64,000 nt of DNA from Paraphysomonas bandaiensis (Eukaryota > Protista > Chrysophyceae). Of the stretch, positions 13,301-21,955 are shown piece by piece. The stretch covers positions 50,585-114,584 of the forward strand of contig CBFFRP010000211.1 of NCBI GenBank assembly GCA_965644295.1, read 5' to 3'. The translations under genes and the position numbers were made by a program. Within the stretch, counting starts at the first letter, position 1. The number at the start of each line of letters is the position of its first letter. The notes beneath the pieces were generated by a model. The model made no database searches and was not told the DNA's origin. It worked only from the letters and a program-made list of their open reading frames with translations.

Positions 13301-16300
13301 TCAAGTGGCAACACAACTAGTCATCCATTTCCAGATCCGACTCCCAGTCCGACACTATCTCCACTTTCGTTGCCTGTTTTGACCGCTTCTCCGACTTCAA
13401 GTGGCAACACGACTAGTCATCCATTTCCAGATCCAACTCCCAGTCCGACACTGTCTCCACTTTCGTTGCCTGTTTTGACCGCTTCTCCGACTTCAAGTGG
13501 CAACACAACTAGTCATCCATTTCCAGATCCGACTCCCAGTCCGACACTGTCTCCACTTTCGTTGCCTTCTTCTATTGTTTCAGATATTCCTACTGGGTAT
13601 CCTTCCGAGTATCCAATCTCATCGGTTCCGTCATTTTCTCCTACTGATTTCTTCTCATCGCTTTGCATGGAGAGAATAGTCAATGAATTATATGTTTCTA
13701 GGTCGCGCTATTCTGCCCTTTTTAAAGGCTTTGCTGATGTTTTCTCAGATTATTTTACCCTCCATAGACAGTGGAATGAATTTTTGTATGACTATTTTGT
13801 GAGTTCTCCTTTCTATTATGCTCCATATGAACTGCAACTGTATCAGTTTGTTGCATATGACGGGGTTCCGATATTACAGCAGTCATTTGATATTTGTAGA
13901 GATATTTCGGCAACTGAGAGTATTATGTCCTCCCTTCTTAGCTCGAATGGTACTTTTATCAGTGTGAAGTGCGGCGGGAGTGTGTGGAATGTGACTAGTT
14001 CGAAACTGTGTGTGAACTGTTCGTCGTTTGTCCCGTCATGCGATAGTGACACGCAAGAGTTTAATGGAGTGCTGCCTCCTCCTCAAAATTGCAGTAGTAT
14101 GCGATCTGTGAAGTATGGCGTTGCTTTTCATATACAGTCCAAACTGGTAACATCTGCGTTAGTTCCAATCGTCCGAGTGCAGGGATATTTCGCCACCAAT
14201 ACAAGCGTGTCGATGTATTTAAATATCCGCACGACTGCCTATGGAGGCAAAATATATTGTGGGGTTACCCAATCCGGTAGTACCCCAGATTCAGTATCTT
14301 TTATAAAAAGTCAAGGTTTTGTGTTATCGCTCCCCAGTACTACCGACTTCACATTGGCTAGCGACAATGTAACTGTGGAGCTGGGTGGTTTGACAGCGGT
14401 GACGGCGTATGATGCTTACTGTTATTCCGAAGACGCATTTGGTAACAGCATGTCTTATGAGGATATGCTAGCGACGTCCATTCGTGATATTTTTACTCCT
14501 TGTTGTGTTGACATAACGTTCACACAGTTTCCTGCTATCATTCCTGCTGGTAATTGGAGTGAAGTTTTACATGGAAGTGGTAATTTTAGATATATATATT
14601 CTCTTGGTGCTGGTGTTAGTGGCTCTTCGTTTGTAACTGTTATTCCGTCGCTCGCTGAGGTGACAACCATTGATAGCATAGAACGAAACTCTAATTCCGT
14701 ACGTCGGCGATCAATTTCGTCAACTTCACCTGATATAACTATTTCCCCTTCGAATATTACGTTCTCATCGTCATCACCAACAACAGAGGGTTCATTTGTT
14801 ATTTTGGCCTCACCGAGTGCAGCAGGTAGATATTATCTATCCCTAGCTATCGAGGGCAGTGGAGCCTCTCGCTTTAGGTTGAGTAGCAGTCGCAGTATGA
14901 TTGAAGTGCTACACACCATTCCCACCCCGCCCCCTCCGCATATAAAGTCCTCGCGGTTTTTGAACAATGGGAAGGGCGCCATTATACACTTTTCGGGACC
15001 AGTTGACCTAAGTCGAGCATCTGAGCGTGCCGGTTCCGACACTTGGAAGTGCAGTCTATTTTTTGAGTTTTCGTCGGTTCATACTACCATGTGCGTTTTT
15101 ATTAACAACACATCTGTTGTGATTACGTTTTCCGCGACGACAACTCTTGTGCCATATGATCCAATACATTTACTTGGGAACGTGATATATGCATCGTGTG
15201 TAGATGCGAGTGGATGCGATGATTTCGTACCGTCTGCCGCATCTACTGTCAATATTCAGCCACCACTAAGAGTCACGGAACCTGTTCCCATTTTGTCGTT
15301 GCCTACTTATATTAGCAGCTGTGACAGCCTTGTAGTTGATACATCTTTATCCACGGGTCATCTAGGGCGCGATTGGAAGAATATTTATTGGAGAGTGACA
15401 GCCTCTCGGGATGCAGTTCTATCTGATATTAAGACCAGACTGAATTCGTATAACACTACAGCATTACCGATTACAATCCCTTCGGATAATTTGGTAGCTG
15501 CTGCTCGAAGTAAATCGAGTGATGTTGATAAGATTACTTTTACGTTTAGTCTTGGGTTACAAAACTATCTGCAGGAGTTGCCTGATCAGAGTGTTACTTT
15601 CGTATCAAAAAACGTTACTCTAGATTTTACAGTTCATAATCCTGTTGTCAAAATTCTTGGAGACAATTATCGTACCGTGATGTCCAAGGCCTCGTTCACC
15701 TTAACTTCCAACGCATCACTCTCTGTGTGTGATCCTAAAGGAACCGCGTTAAATTATATATGGAAGGTGTATACATCTAGTGGAGTTTATTTACCTTCAA
15801 TCAAGTCTGTTGGGAAAAACCCCAAGGCGATGGTAGTTGCCGCTTACTCCCTACCTGCTGGGCACCATTATCACTTTTATCTCACAGTATCCAGTTCCAC
15901 GGGGTCGGCTATGGCGGGGGTTGTTGTGTATATTAAACCAAGTGCTGTGGTGGCGAAGATAGATGGGGGTGAAATGAGGGTAGTTTCTGCACTGAGACCG
16001 CTGACACTAGATGCATCGAGTAGTGTGGATGAAAATGTAAACCCGAGCCATAAGGGAAGCACAAGTCTTAATTTTACCTGGACATGTATGTCTCTAACTG
16101 TTAGCAGCTTGGGTTCGAGGTGTATGTTTGACATTTCGCATTGTATAAGCGAATTGTGCACTATCCCAGGTAGTGCTCTACCGCCGGGGGCGAGACTTAA
16201 AATTTTCGTTAAAGTCACTGCACCGGATGGGCGATATGGGAATAGTGCTGCTGTGGTTGAAGTCGCCCCTATAGTTAGCACTATGTCGTCGAGAGTGTCT

Positions 16301-19300
16301 TTCCCGACCCGGTTAAATACATTTAATGTGCATGATAAGCTCGTTGTATTTGGCCAAGTTGACTCCAACGTGTCAGTTGTTGCCGCTTGGTCCTTGAGAG
16401 AGAAGTTTTCACTATCCCTCGATTCGACCGGTTTAGCGTTGACTCCCATCCAAAGAGTTATTGTTCGCGAATCTACCAATTCTGCAGGGGATAGTAGTAC
16501 AGTTCAGACGGTGGCCTTCCCATTCAAAGCTGCTGAGAGTAAATTCGCAGTGGGAAGAGAGTATACTTTTAGGCTAACAGTTTCTCACTTAGACAAGAGC
16601 CGATCGGTCTTTTCGGAGATAACATTGCGATCCAATGCTCCCCCTGCCTCCGGGACTTTCGTCGTCCTCCCACCCACTGGTTTTGCGCATGAGACCTTGT
16701 TCGAGTTCTTGTCTACAGGGTGGGTTGACGACAGTGACGATTACCCTCTGTTGTACATGTACTCGTATAGATATGCTATGACTGATTCGATCGATCATAT
16801 ATTGAGGTCGGCCTTGGAAACGTCATTTTTTTATTCGACATTACCAGAGGGAGCATTGAACTATGAGTACACAATATTCTGCGTTTCTGTGGTTAAAGAT
16901 GTTCACGGCGCTGAAAGTTCTTCAGATGTATATGTTCAGTCTCGACATCACCAGAATGCTGATAGAGAGGCGACTGCTACGTTATTGACAGGTACACTAG
17001 GAGAACTTGTGGAGTCATTGGATCCAGATGGGGTGATAAATGCTATCAATAGCGTGGGTAGTTTGTTAAATGCTCCTAACTGCTCTGGCTACGATGCACA
17101 GTTTTGCTCCACAAATTTCAACCGCGATGCATGCAGAACTACATCATTTAAGTGTGGTATTTGCTTGGCGGGATACAATGGATTGGTCGGCCCTGCGAAC
17201 TCTAGGTGTATAAACGAAAGTTTAGTCGGCCATGCTGTTGCTGGTCAACCTTGTGATAACTCTACCGTATGTTTATATGGGTTCTGTGACTTCAGTACCA
17301 ACGTATGCCGTAATGATATTAAAGTGTGTCCCACTTCTCTGCCAGGGACTACATGTTCCGGTCATGGCATTTGTGAATACAGAAATGGATACGGAGATTA
17401 TGTTTCTGCAGATGTGTGCACTATAGACAACACATTCTGCTCTGCTGTTTGTCGATGCAGTGACGGTCATGGCGGTGAATCGTGCGCGCTATCTTCTGTA
17501 CAGTTGGCAGAAAGAAGCTCTATTCGGAGTGAATTGTGTAAATTTCTTGTGGACGCATTTTCCTTACAAGATAGGTCAACAGGCACTCTGCAGTCACTGA
17601 TTTCGCCCCTGTCTTTAAGTTTTCGTCCGGACGAATGGAGTACGAATTCCACATCCACAGGGCTTGCCGCATGTGGAAAGGTTCTACTTGACATTTCTGA
17701 ATTAACAGCAGATGGCTATATGTCTCGTTTACCTGTTGATTACAGTATCGCTTTCGCCGACATCATCTCAACATTTGCAGCCAGTGCAAATATATCTGGT
17801 CTGTATGATCATGTCACACAGTCTGTTTATGCCCTTTCACTTGGTATAGAAGACTCAATGACTCCCGGGCAATCTGGAATTGATATTGCAACGCCTTCCT
17901 TCCGTGTGTCGTATTTTTTCACTTTTTCTCAAGACCTGGGCGAGATGACAATTCAAGTGCCCCCAACTGAGGAAGAAGAACAATTGGGTATTGCCCTTCC
18001 GAAATTAATTCTATCCACGGAAGGTCTTGGTTTGTGTGGATTCCACTCAGAACCCGGTTACAACCAGTTTTCGGTGATGCAGTGGAGCTCGAGAGGGTCT
18101 CCTTATTATAACGCTACTCGTCTCCAATCAAATTTATTTAGATTTACGAGTCGAACAGATAATTCATATATTTCAGAGTCTGTTGATCCTGTGAATTATA
18201 CATATGTAGCATACTTTAACGAACCACAAAAAATAGAAAGTTCTGTACCTGTTTGTGTCACTTTGTCACTTCATGATGATACAAAGAGCAGCAGCTCTTC
18301 ACGCTATGAAAAATGCGATTGTAACGTGACTTCTTACACTCCTCACAATGCAACTTTCGAGTGCAACGATATCCACTGGCTCTGTGGGCGGGACACTGCC
18401 ATTGTTGACGTTCTATATCGGCCGCTGATAGCGAATGGATATACTAGGAGATCACTGCAATATGAAGATGATGATTCAGAACAAGATAGTGTGACCATTG
18501 CGCATTTCGGAGCATTAGTGGAAGCGATTGTGACAGACGATTTTGTACCAGTAGTGTCATCAACTCACTCAACAAAAGATTATGAAAGAGCAGCAGCCGG
18601 AGTATCTTTTGTTGCGGCGCTGTTTTGCTCTCTGGGATTCGGCTATGTGTGCTTTTGCTATTGGGATATCCACGATAGAAATGTTTATCGGTACATTCGA
18701 AATAGCGAAAAGCGGTACAAACGTAAGGGATCATGGGTGTTATCCAAGCGTGGCAGCCCACGCAGCATGCGATTGGCAATGATGAGAAATCGAGCTCTTG
18801 ACGAACGTTATTCTAGTTCGTTTTCAAAAAGCCAATTTATTCATAAGCCAAAAAGTAATTCTGTCGATGAACTTGTGGGGAAATTTTTGACAGTTGTGAT
18901 GTCTGCATCAGGTTTAATTACTCAAAAAAAGAGGTTAATTCGTTTTTGGAATGCCTTGTTGCGTCATCACATTTTGCTTCGACCATTCATGTTCCCGTCT
19001 ACTTTCTGTCCTAGGTCTATTCGCTATCTGAATCTTTTCACAGAGATACTGGTACTATTTTTTGTGGACAGCTTAGTGTACGGGTTTCTCTTCCCCGACA
19101 GGGAGATGTGTAATCAGTATGACGATACCGGTATGATGTCCTGTCAGGCGGAGGATTCACCTATGCCGGGATTGGACTCCCTGTGTGTATGGATTCCGGT
19201 GAATCGTGCACAAAACGGAACTGAATCGAATAACCACGGCGACTGCGAACCACGACCACCTCCACAATCACTCGTATTCTATATCGTGTTATCTGTTATT

Positions 19301-21955
19301 ATTAACTGCATTGCAATAATCCCTAAAGCTCTCAGTGTATGGGTATTGAATAATGTGTGTGTATGCTGTCCTGATTTTTCAGGAACTTGGTTGCCACCTT
19401 TTATTGTTTCTGTTTTTGAGAATCCAGAGAACCCAAGACTTTTTGGAACAGTTCGAATGTCTAGTTTAGGCGAGGGTCTCATTCAGTCAGGATCTATTCG
19501 ACATACCCCGAAAGATGGCTTAGTGGAGAAATTGTCTACCATCGCAGATATCATTGGCACGTACAAGTACTACGACTATGCATCTTGTGAAGAAGAGATT
19601 AATTTTATTATCCGGTCTGTGTATAATTTCGTTTCCAAGGTTGCTGCAGACGGCGTGCATATGCAGGATGATAAGTTAATGATACAACAAAATAGACTAG
19701 CTGCTATCTTGAAATTTTTAAATCTGAACCCAGATTGTACACCAGCAGATTTGCCTACAAGGCAGCGGCTTTTGTATGGGTCACATGGCAACTACTTACG
19801 AGTAAAGATTGAGAAAGTGCGACGTATGTGTGAACATATTGTCGAAGACGTTGAGCGATTAGCGCCAGATGAGCATGATAATAGAGATGTCTTGATATTT
19901 CAACACTTCATTCTCGAACAGCTTCCTCCTCTAAAGCGAGCGGCTTTATCAAGTGAACTTTTTCAGTTTGACATGGCGAAGCCGCGGTCGATTTTCTGGT
20001 TCTCGTGGATGATTGGATGGACGGTCCAGGTCATGCTGATATTGTTTTTCTTATATTGGGTTTTAATGTGGTCAGTTGGAGTTGGGAACGCTGTATTTTT
20101 GTCTTGGGTGATACAACTTGTGTTTGCGGTACTCGAAGAGTTCTTTGTTACTGAGGTATGCTTGGTGTATCTTCTTCATGTGATGGCGGTAGAGCATATG
20201 CAACCTGAACTAAGGAGTGTATACCACGCTTTGAAAATTATAATGACTGATAAATGTAGTAATGTTCTATCAACTGATGACAATACAGTACGAGTGGTTC
20301 AACACTTCTCGGCTGTGTGCCGCGCAGCTCGCAAGGAGTGCGTCGCCCATTTACCGTCATCAATGCTCCTTTGTCAACTTACGGATGAGGAGTACGAATC
20401 GTGCCATGTGTTCAGAAGAAGAGAGATATCTCTTCCGACGTTCCTTTTGATTGGTATTCCTACTTTGTTTGGACTCTGTGGGGAGACTATGCCGGCTGCT
20501 GTATTTGATGTCATCGCGTCGATAATGTGGGGGCTTTTCCTTGTCATGAACTATTTTATGTACAATGTGTCTGTAATTTTGGTGATAGCAGTGTATGTAA
20601 TCTTAGGTGCGATTGCTGTATACTATCGTTACATTGTGATCCGAACTAGACATGAGCGAAAGCTACAACGGAAGTCAATGTCATCACATGGATCCCATTA
20701 TTCATTGCAGGGGTGGATATCAAATCGTCCTGATTATAGCATATTCTCTAGGAGCCCAATCAAAGTGCTATATCGTATCTTCCATGCCATGGTAACAGCA
20801 ATAGTCAAGTACACAAATCCACTGGTAGAGAGGCGCGAGATATTGCAGTGGCGAAACATGAATGTATTGGGTTTTTTAGTCGACCCTCCGTCATCTCAAA
20901 CCACTAATTCAAACGTCTCTGCGCCAGAGTCAGGGAGGTGTGGAGCACCGAGGCTAGCGTCACTTGTCTTTCCTTCTCCAAAGCTATCTACTCTTGTGTC
21001 TCGGAAATCGGAAGTTATTCTGACAGGGTTTGAAGATTTGGAAGGGTTGTGTGAAGAGGATAGCACGTCCGAGATGTTGTTACAGAGTGAACGTGCGGAC
21101 GTGAATGCAATGGTTATCCCCAGCGAAATCGGGAAAATGCGAACAAAACAAAGAGTGCTCTATAAGTCTCTGTCCGAGAGTATTGTTAGCAAATTCGTAG
21201 TCAGGCCACAGCATGCGGTTCGACGTGCTCTATCCAGGGTTGAAAGTCGAGTAGGATTAAGCTCCTTGAATTCTCCACGTGGAATGGAATCCCTGGTAGG
21301 CATGCATCCAGTTTACGGAGACCGTCGGCGTGATCGCGTGCTAATGTGGAAACAGGAGCGACTCTCTAAGCGTATTCAGCGTAAAGCCTTCATACAAATC
21401 TGCCGAGACCAGTTTTTCGAAAGTACAAAGATGCTTGTGGACGAAGACGGTACGCATCTAGCGACTGTTACAGAAGCAGAAGAACTTTTCGAGTGGGTTT
21501 ATAGCAATTTCTACGTTCTTAACGTAAGACCAGTATCGAGGACGCCAGCGCCCCTTTCCTTTCGTGGCGACAGGGAGAAGAGAATGTTGCGAAATTCGCT
21601 TCTGGCAATGATGAAAAGTAGCCCAGATAAAAAATTTGATGTTCTGTATGAGGATGACTTTATCGACTGGATCAATATGCACAATATTACTGACGATCCA
21701 AGCCATTTTTCCCCCACTGCCCGTGTTGTCAAGACGAAAAATTTTAATGGCAATAACAGTTACAGTGTGGTATCGAAGTATATGTCAATGACCTCATCTT
21801 TCCATCCTAGTAAACCAGATGTGTGGGGTCGATCATTTAAACACGTTGATGACGGAGAATCTGTTCACTCTGAGGTAGATTTACCACTGGATATCGAAAA
21901 ACCTTACGTCTGTTTTCGAGTGGATTCAAGTGATTCTGACAGCTCCTCTATTTAA
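7337..21955 (+). CDS. 4872-aa cell-surface receptor/adhesin-like protein: signal peptide, LRRs, Pro/Thr/Ser tandem-repeat stalk, REJ/PKD-like region, EGF-like Cys-rich region, GPS-like motif, multiple TM helices
   Basis: Uninterrupted ORF. Plant-type LRRs (LSSNFLSGPLPSTIG), REJ-like motifs (LTLDASSSVD, NFTWTC, NAPPASGTFVVLPPTG, GWVDDSDDYPLLY), EGF-like CSGHGIC...CRCSDGHGGESC, and several hydrophobic segments in the C-terminal quarter. Confidence 0.85.
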   Translation: MGSHVHLVRYLMIYFVLVVSFSLHSNANSRDVSSYSSLANSVLCDLIQSTSMRENVGTSWSCDTVAYSKCSWEGLLCSNGTIIAVSLSSRGLHGTIPSSLGLLTSVRSIDLSSNFLSGPLPSTIGKLVLLESLYLQSNLLSGSIPSSLSLMHHLVHFDVSHNFLTGMLPSSLEKLSYKNSFDASYNLVTVINPSCTPTLVPVSLLTSSPTYQPTLSPTLSPSGETSTGSPSLPASATPTASPTRNPSCTPTLVPVSLLTSSPTYQPTLSPTLPPSGETSTGSPSLPASATPTASPTRNPSCTPTLVPVSLLTSSPTYQPTLSPTLSPSGETSTGSPSLPASATPTASPTRNPSCTPTLVPVSLLTSSPTYQPTLSPTLPPSGETSTGSPSLPASATPTASPTRSPSCTPTLVPVSLLTSSPTYQPTLSPTLSPSGETSTGSPSLPASATPTASPTRNPSCTPTLVPVSLLTSSPTYQPTLSPTLPPSGETSTGSPSLPASATPTASPTRNPSCTPTLVPVSLLTSSPTYQPTLSPTLSPSGETSTGSPSLPASATPTASPTRNPSCTPTLVPVSLLTSSPTYQPTLSPTLPPSGETSTGSPSLPASATPTASPTRSPSCTPTLVPVSLLTSSPTYQPTLSPTLSPSGETSTGSPSLPASATPTASPTRNPSCTPTLVPVSLLTSSPTYQPTLSPTLPPSGETSTGSPSLPASATPTASPTRNPSCTPTLVPVSLLTSSPTYQPTLSPTLPPSGETSTGSPSLPASATPTSDSPSGNTTSHPFPDPTPSPTLSPLSLPVLTASPTSSGNTTSHPFPDPTPSPTLSPLSLPVLTASPTSSGNTTSHPFPDPTPSPTLSPLSLPVLTASPTSSGNTTSHPFPDPTPSPTLSPLSLPVLTASPTSSGNTTSHPFPDPTPSPTLSPLSLPVLTASPTSSGNTTSHPFPDPTPSPTLSPLSLPVLTASPTSSGNTTSHPFPDPTPSPTLSPLSLPVLTASPTSSGNTTSHPFPDPTPSPTLSPLSLPVLTASPTSSGNTTSHPFPDPTPSPTLSPLSLPVLTASPTSSGNTTSHPFPDPTPSPTLSPLSLPVLTASPTSSGNTTSHPFPDPTPSPTLSPLSLPVLTASPTSSGNTTSHPFPDPTPSPTLSPLSLPVLTASPTSSGNTTSHPFPDPTPSPTLSPLSLPVLTASPTSSGNTTSHPFPDPTPSPTLSPLSLPVLTASPTSSGNTTSHPFPDPTPSPTLSPLSLPVLTASPTSSGNTTSHPFPDPTPSPTLSPLSLPVLTASPTSSGNTTSHPFPDPTPSPTLSPLSLPVLTASPTSSGNTTSHPFPDPTPSPTLSPLSLPVLTASPTSSGNTTSHPFPDPTPSPTLSPLSLPVLTASPTSSGNTTSHPFPDPTPSPTLSPLSLPVLTASPTSSGNTTSHPFPDPTPSPTLSPLSLPVLTASPTSSGNTTSHPFPDPTPSPTLSPLSLPVLTASPTSSGNTTSHPFPDPTPSPTLSPLSLPVLTASPTSSGNTTSHPFPDPTPSPTLSPLSLPALTASPTSSGNTTSHPFPDPTPSPTLSPLSLPVLTASPTSSGNTTSHPFPDPTPSPTLSPLSLPVLTASPTSSGNTTSHPFPDPTPSPTLSPLSLPVLTASPTSSGNTTSHPFPDPTPSPTLSPLSLPVLTASPTSSGNTTSHPFPDPTPSPTLSPLSLPVLTASPTSSGNTTSHPFPDPTPSPTLSPLSLPVLTASPTSSGNTTSHPFPDPTPSPTLSPLSLPVLTASPTSSGNTTSHPFPDPTPSPTLSPLSLPALTASPTSSGNTTSHPFPDPTPSPTLSPLSLPVLTASPTSSGNTTSHPFPDPTPSPTLSPLSLPVLTASPTSSGNTTSHPFPDPTPSPTLSPLSLPVLTASPTSSGNTTSHPFPDPTPSPTLSPLSLPVLTASPTSSGNTTSHPFPDPTPSPTLSPLSLPVLTASPTSSGNTTSHPFPDPTPSPTLSPLSLPVLTASPTSSGNTTSHPFPDPTPSPTLSPLSLPVLTASPTSSGNTTSHPFPDPTPSPTLSPLSLPVLTASPTSSGNTTSHPFPDPTPSPTLSPLSLPSSIVSDIPTGYPSEYPISSVPSFSPTDFFSSLCMERIVNELYVSRSRYSALFKGFADVFSDYFTLHRQWNEFLYDYFVSSPFYYAPYELQLYQFVAYDGVPILQQSFDICRDISATESIMSSLLSSNGTFISVKCGGSVWNVTSSKLCVNCSSFVPSCDSDTQEFNGVLPPPQNCSSMRSVKYGVAFHIQSKLVTSALVPIVRVQGYFATNTSVSMYLNIRTTAYGGKIYCGVTQSGSTPDSVSFIKSQGFVLSLPSTTDFTLASDNVTVELGGLTAVTAYDAYCYSEDAFGNSMSYEDMLATSIRDIFTPCCVDITFTQFPAIIPAGNWSEVLHGSGNFRYIYSLGAGVSGSSFVTVIPSLAEVTTIDSIERNSNSVRRRSISSTSPDITISPSNITFSSSSPTTEGSFVILASPSAAGRYYLSLAIEGSGASRFRLSSSRSMIEVLHTIPTPPPPHIKSSRFLNNGKGAIIHFSGPVDLSRASERAGSDTWKCSLFFEFSSVHTTMCVFINNTSVVITFSATTTLVPYDPIHLLGNVIYASCVDASGCDDFVPSAASTVNIQPPLRVTEPVPILSLPTYISSCDSLVVDTSLSTGHLGRDWKNIYWRVTASRDAVLSDIKTRLNSYNTTALPITIPSDNLVAAARSKSSDVDKITFTFSLGLQNYLQELPDQSVTFVSKNVTLDFTVHNPVVKILGDNYRTVMSKASFTLTSNASLSVCDPKGTALNYIWKVYTSSGVYLPSIKSVGKNPKAMVVAAYSLPAGHHYHFYLTVSSSTGSAMAGVVVYIKPSAVVAKIDGGEMRVVSALRPLTLDASSSVDENVNPSHKGSTSLNFTWTCMSLTVSSLGSRCMFDISHCISELCTIPGSALPPGARLKIFVKVTAPDGRYGNSAAVVEVAPIVSTMSSRVSFPTRLNTFNVHDKLVVFGQVDSNVSVVAAWSLREKFSLSLDSTGLALTPIQRVIVRESTNSAGDSSTVQTVAFPFKAAESKFAVGREYTFRLTVSHLDKSRSVFSEITLRSNAPPASGTFVVLPPTGFAHETLFEFLSTGWVDDSDDYPLLYMYSYRYAMTDSIDHILRSALETSFFYSTLPEGALNYEYTIFCVSVVKDVHGAESSSDVYVQSRHHQNADREATATLLTGTLGELVESLDPDGVINAINSVGSLLNAPNCSGYDAQFCSTNFNRDACRTTSFKCGICLAGYNGLVGPANSRCINESLVGHAVAGQPCDNSTVCLYGFCDFSTNVCRNDIKVCPTSLPGTTCSGHGICEYRNGYGDYVSADVCTIDNTFCSAVCRCSDGHGGESCALSSVQLAERSSIRSELCKFLVDAFSLQDRSTGTLQSLISPLSLSFRPDEWSTNSTSTGLAACGKVLLDISELTADGYMSRLPVDYSIAFADIISTFAASANISGLYDHVTQSVYALSLGIEDSMTPGQSGIDIATPSFRVSYFFTFSQDLGEMTIQVPPTEEEEQLGIALPKLILSTEGLGLCGFHSEPGYNQFSVMQWSSRGSPYYNATRLQSNLFRFTSRTDNSYISESVDPVNYTYVAYFNEPQKIESSVPVCVTLSLHDDTKSSSSSRYEKCDCNVTSYTPHNATFECNDIHWLCGRDTAIVDVLYRPLIANGYTRRSLQYEDDDSEQDSVTIAHFGALVEAIVTDDFVPVVSSTHSTKDYERAAAGVSFVAALFCSLGFGYVCFCYWDIHDRNVYRYIRNSEKRYKRKGSWVLSKRGSPRSMRLAMMRNRALDERYSSSFSKSQFIHKPKSNSVDELVGKFLTVVMSASGLITQKKRLIRFWNALLRHHILLRPFMFPSTFCPRSIRYLNLFTEILVLFFVDSLVYGFLFPDREMCNQYDDTGMMSCQAEDSPMPGLDSLCVWIPVNRAQNGTESNNHGDCEPRPPPQSLVFYIVLSVIINCIAIIPKALSVWVLNNVCVCCPDFSGTWLPPFIVSVFENPENPRLFGTVRMSSLGEGLIQSGSIRHTPKDGLVEKLSTIADIIGTYKYYDYASCEEEINFIIRSVYNFVSKVAADGVHMQDDKLMIQQNRLAAILKFLNLNPDCTPADLPTRQRLLYGSHGNYLRVKIEKVRRMCEHIVEDVERLAPDEHDNRDVLIFQHFILEQLPPLKRAALSSELFQFDMAKPRSIFWFSWMIGWTVQVMLILFFLYWVLMWSVGVGNAVFLSWVIQLVFAVLEEFFVTEVCLVYLLHVMAVEHMQPELRSVYHALKIIMTDKCSNVLSTDDNTVRVVQHFSAVCRAARKECVAHLPSSMLLCQLTDEEYESCHVFRRREISLPTFLLIGIPTLFGLCGETMPAAVFDVIASIMWGLFLVMNYFMYNVSVILVIAVYVILGAIAVYYRYIVIRTRHERKLQRKSMSSHGSHYSLQGWISNRPDYSIFSRSPIKVLYRIFHAMVTAIVKYTNPLVERREILQWRNMNVLGFLVDPPSSQTTNSNVSAPESGRCGAPRLASLVFPSPKLSTLVSRKSEVILTGFEDLEGLCEEDSTSEMLLQSERADVNAMVIPSEIGKMRTKQRVLYKSLSESIVSKFVVRPQHAVRRALSRVESRVGLSSLNSPRGMESLVGMHPVYGDRRRDRVLMWKQERLSKRIQRKAFIQICRDQFFESTKMLVDEDGTHLATVTEAEELFEWVYSNFYVLNVRPVSRTPAPLSFRGDREKRMLRNSLLAMMKSSPDKKFDVLYEDDFIDWINMHNITDDPSHFSPTARVVKTKNFNGNNSYSVVSKYMSMTSSFHPSKPDVWGRSFKHVDDGESVHSEVDLPLDIEKPYVCFRVDSSDSDSSSI
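7910..9636 (+). repeat. Coding tandem array A: 159-bp (53-aa) unit x about 11
   Basis: Unit starting (a/g)tccttcatgtacacc recurs every 159 bp; the last copy is truncated. Confidence 0.97.
9654..13567 (+). repeat. Coding tandem array B: 96-bp (32-aa) unit x about 41
   Basis: Unit SSGNTTSHPFPDPTPSPTLSPLSLPVLTASPT, near-identical copies. Confidence 0.97.

Noticed and set aside
9654-13567. Possible CRISPR-like array
   Set aside because: No unique spacers; the units are contiguous, in-frame coding repeats in a eukaryotic gene.
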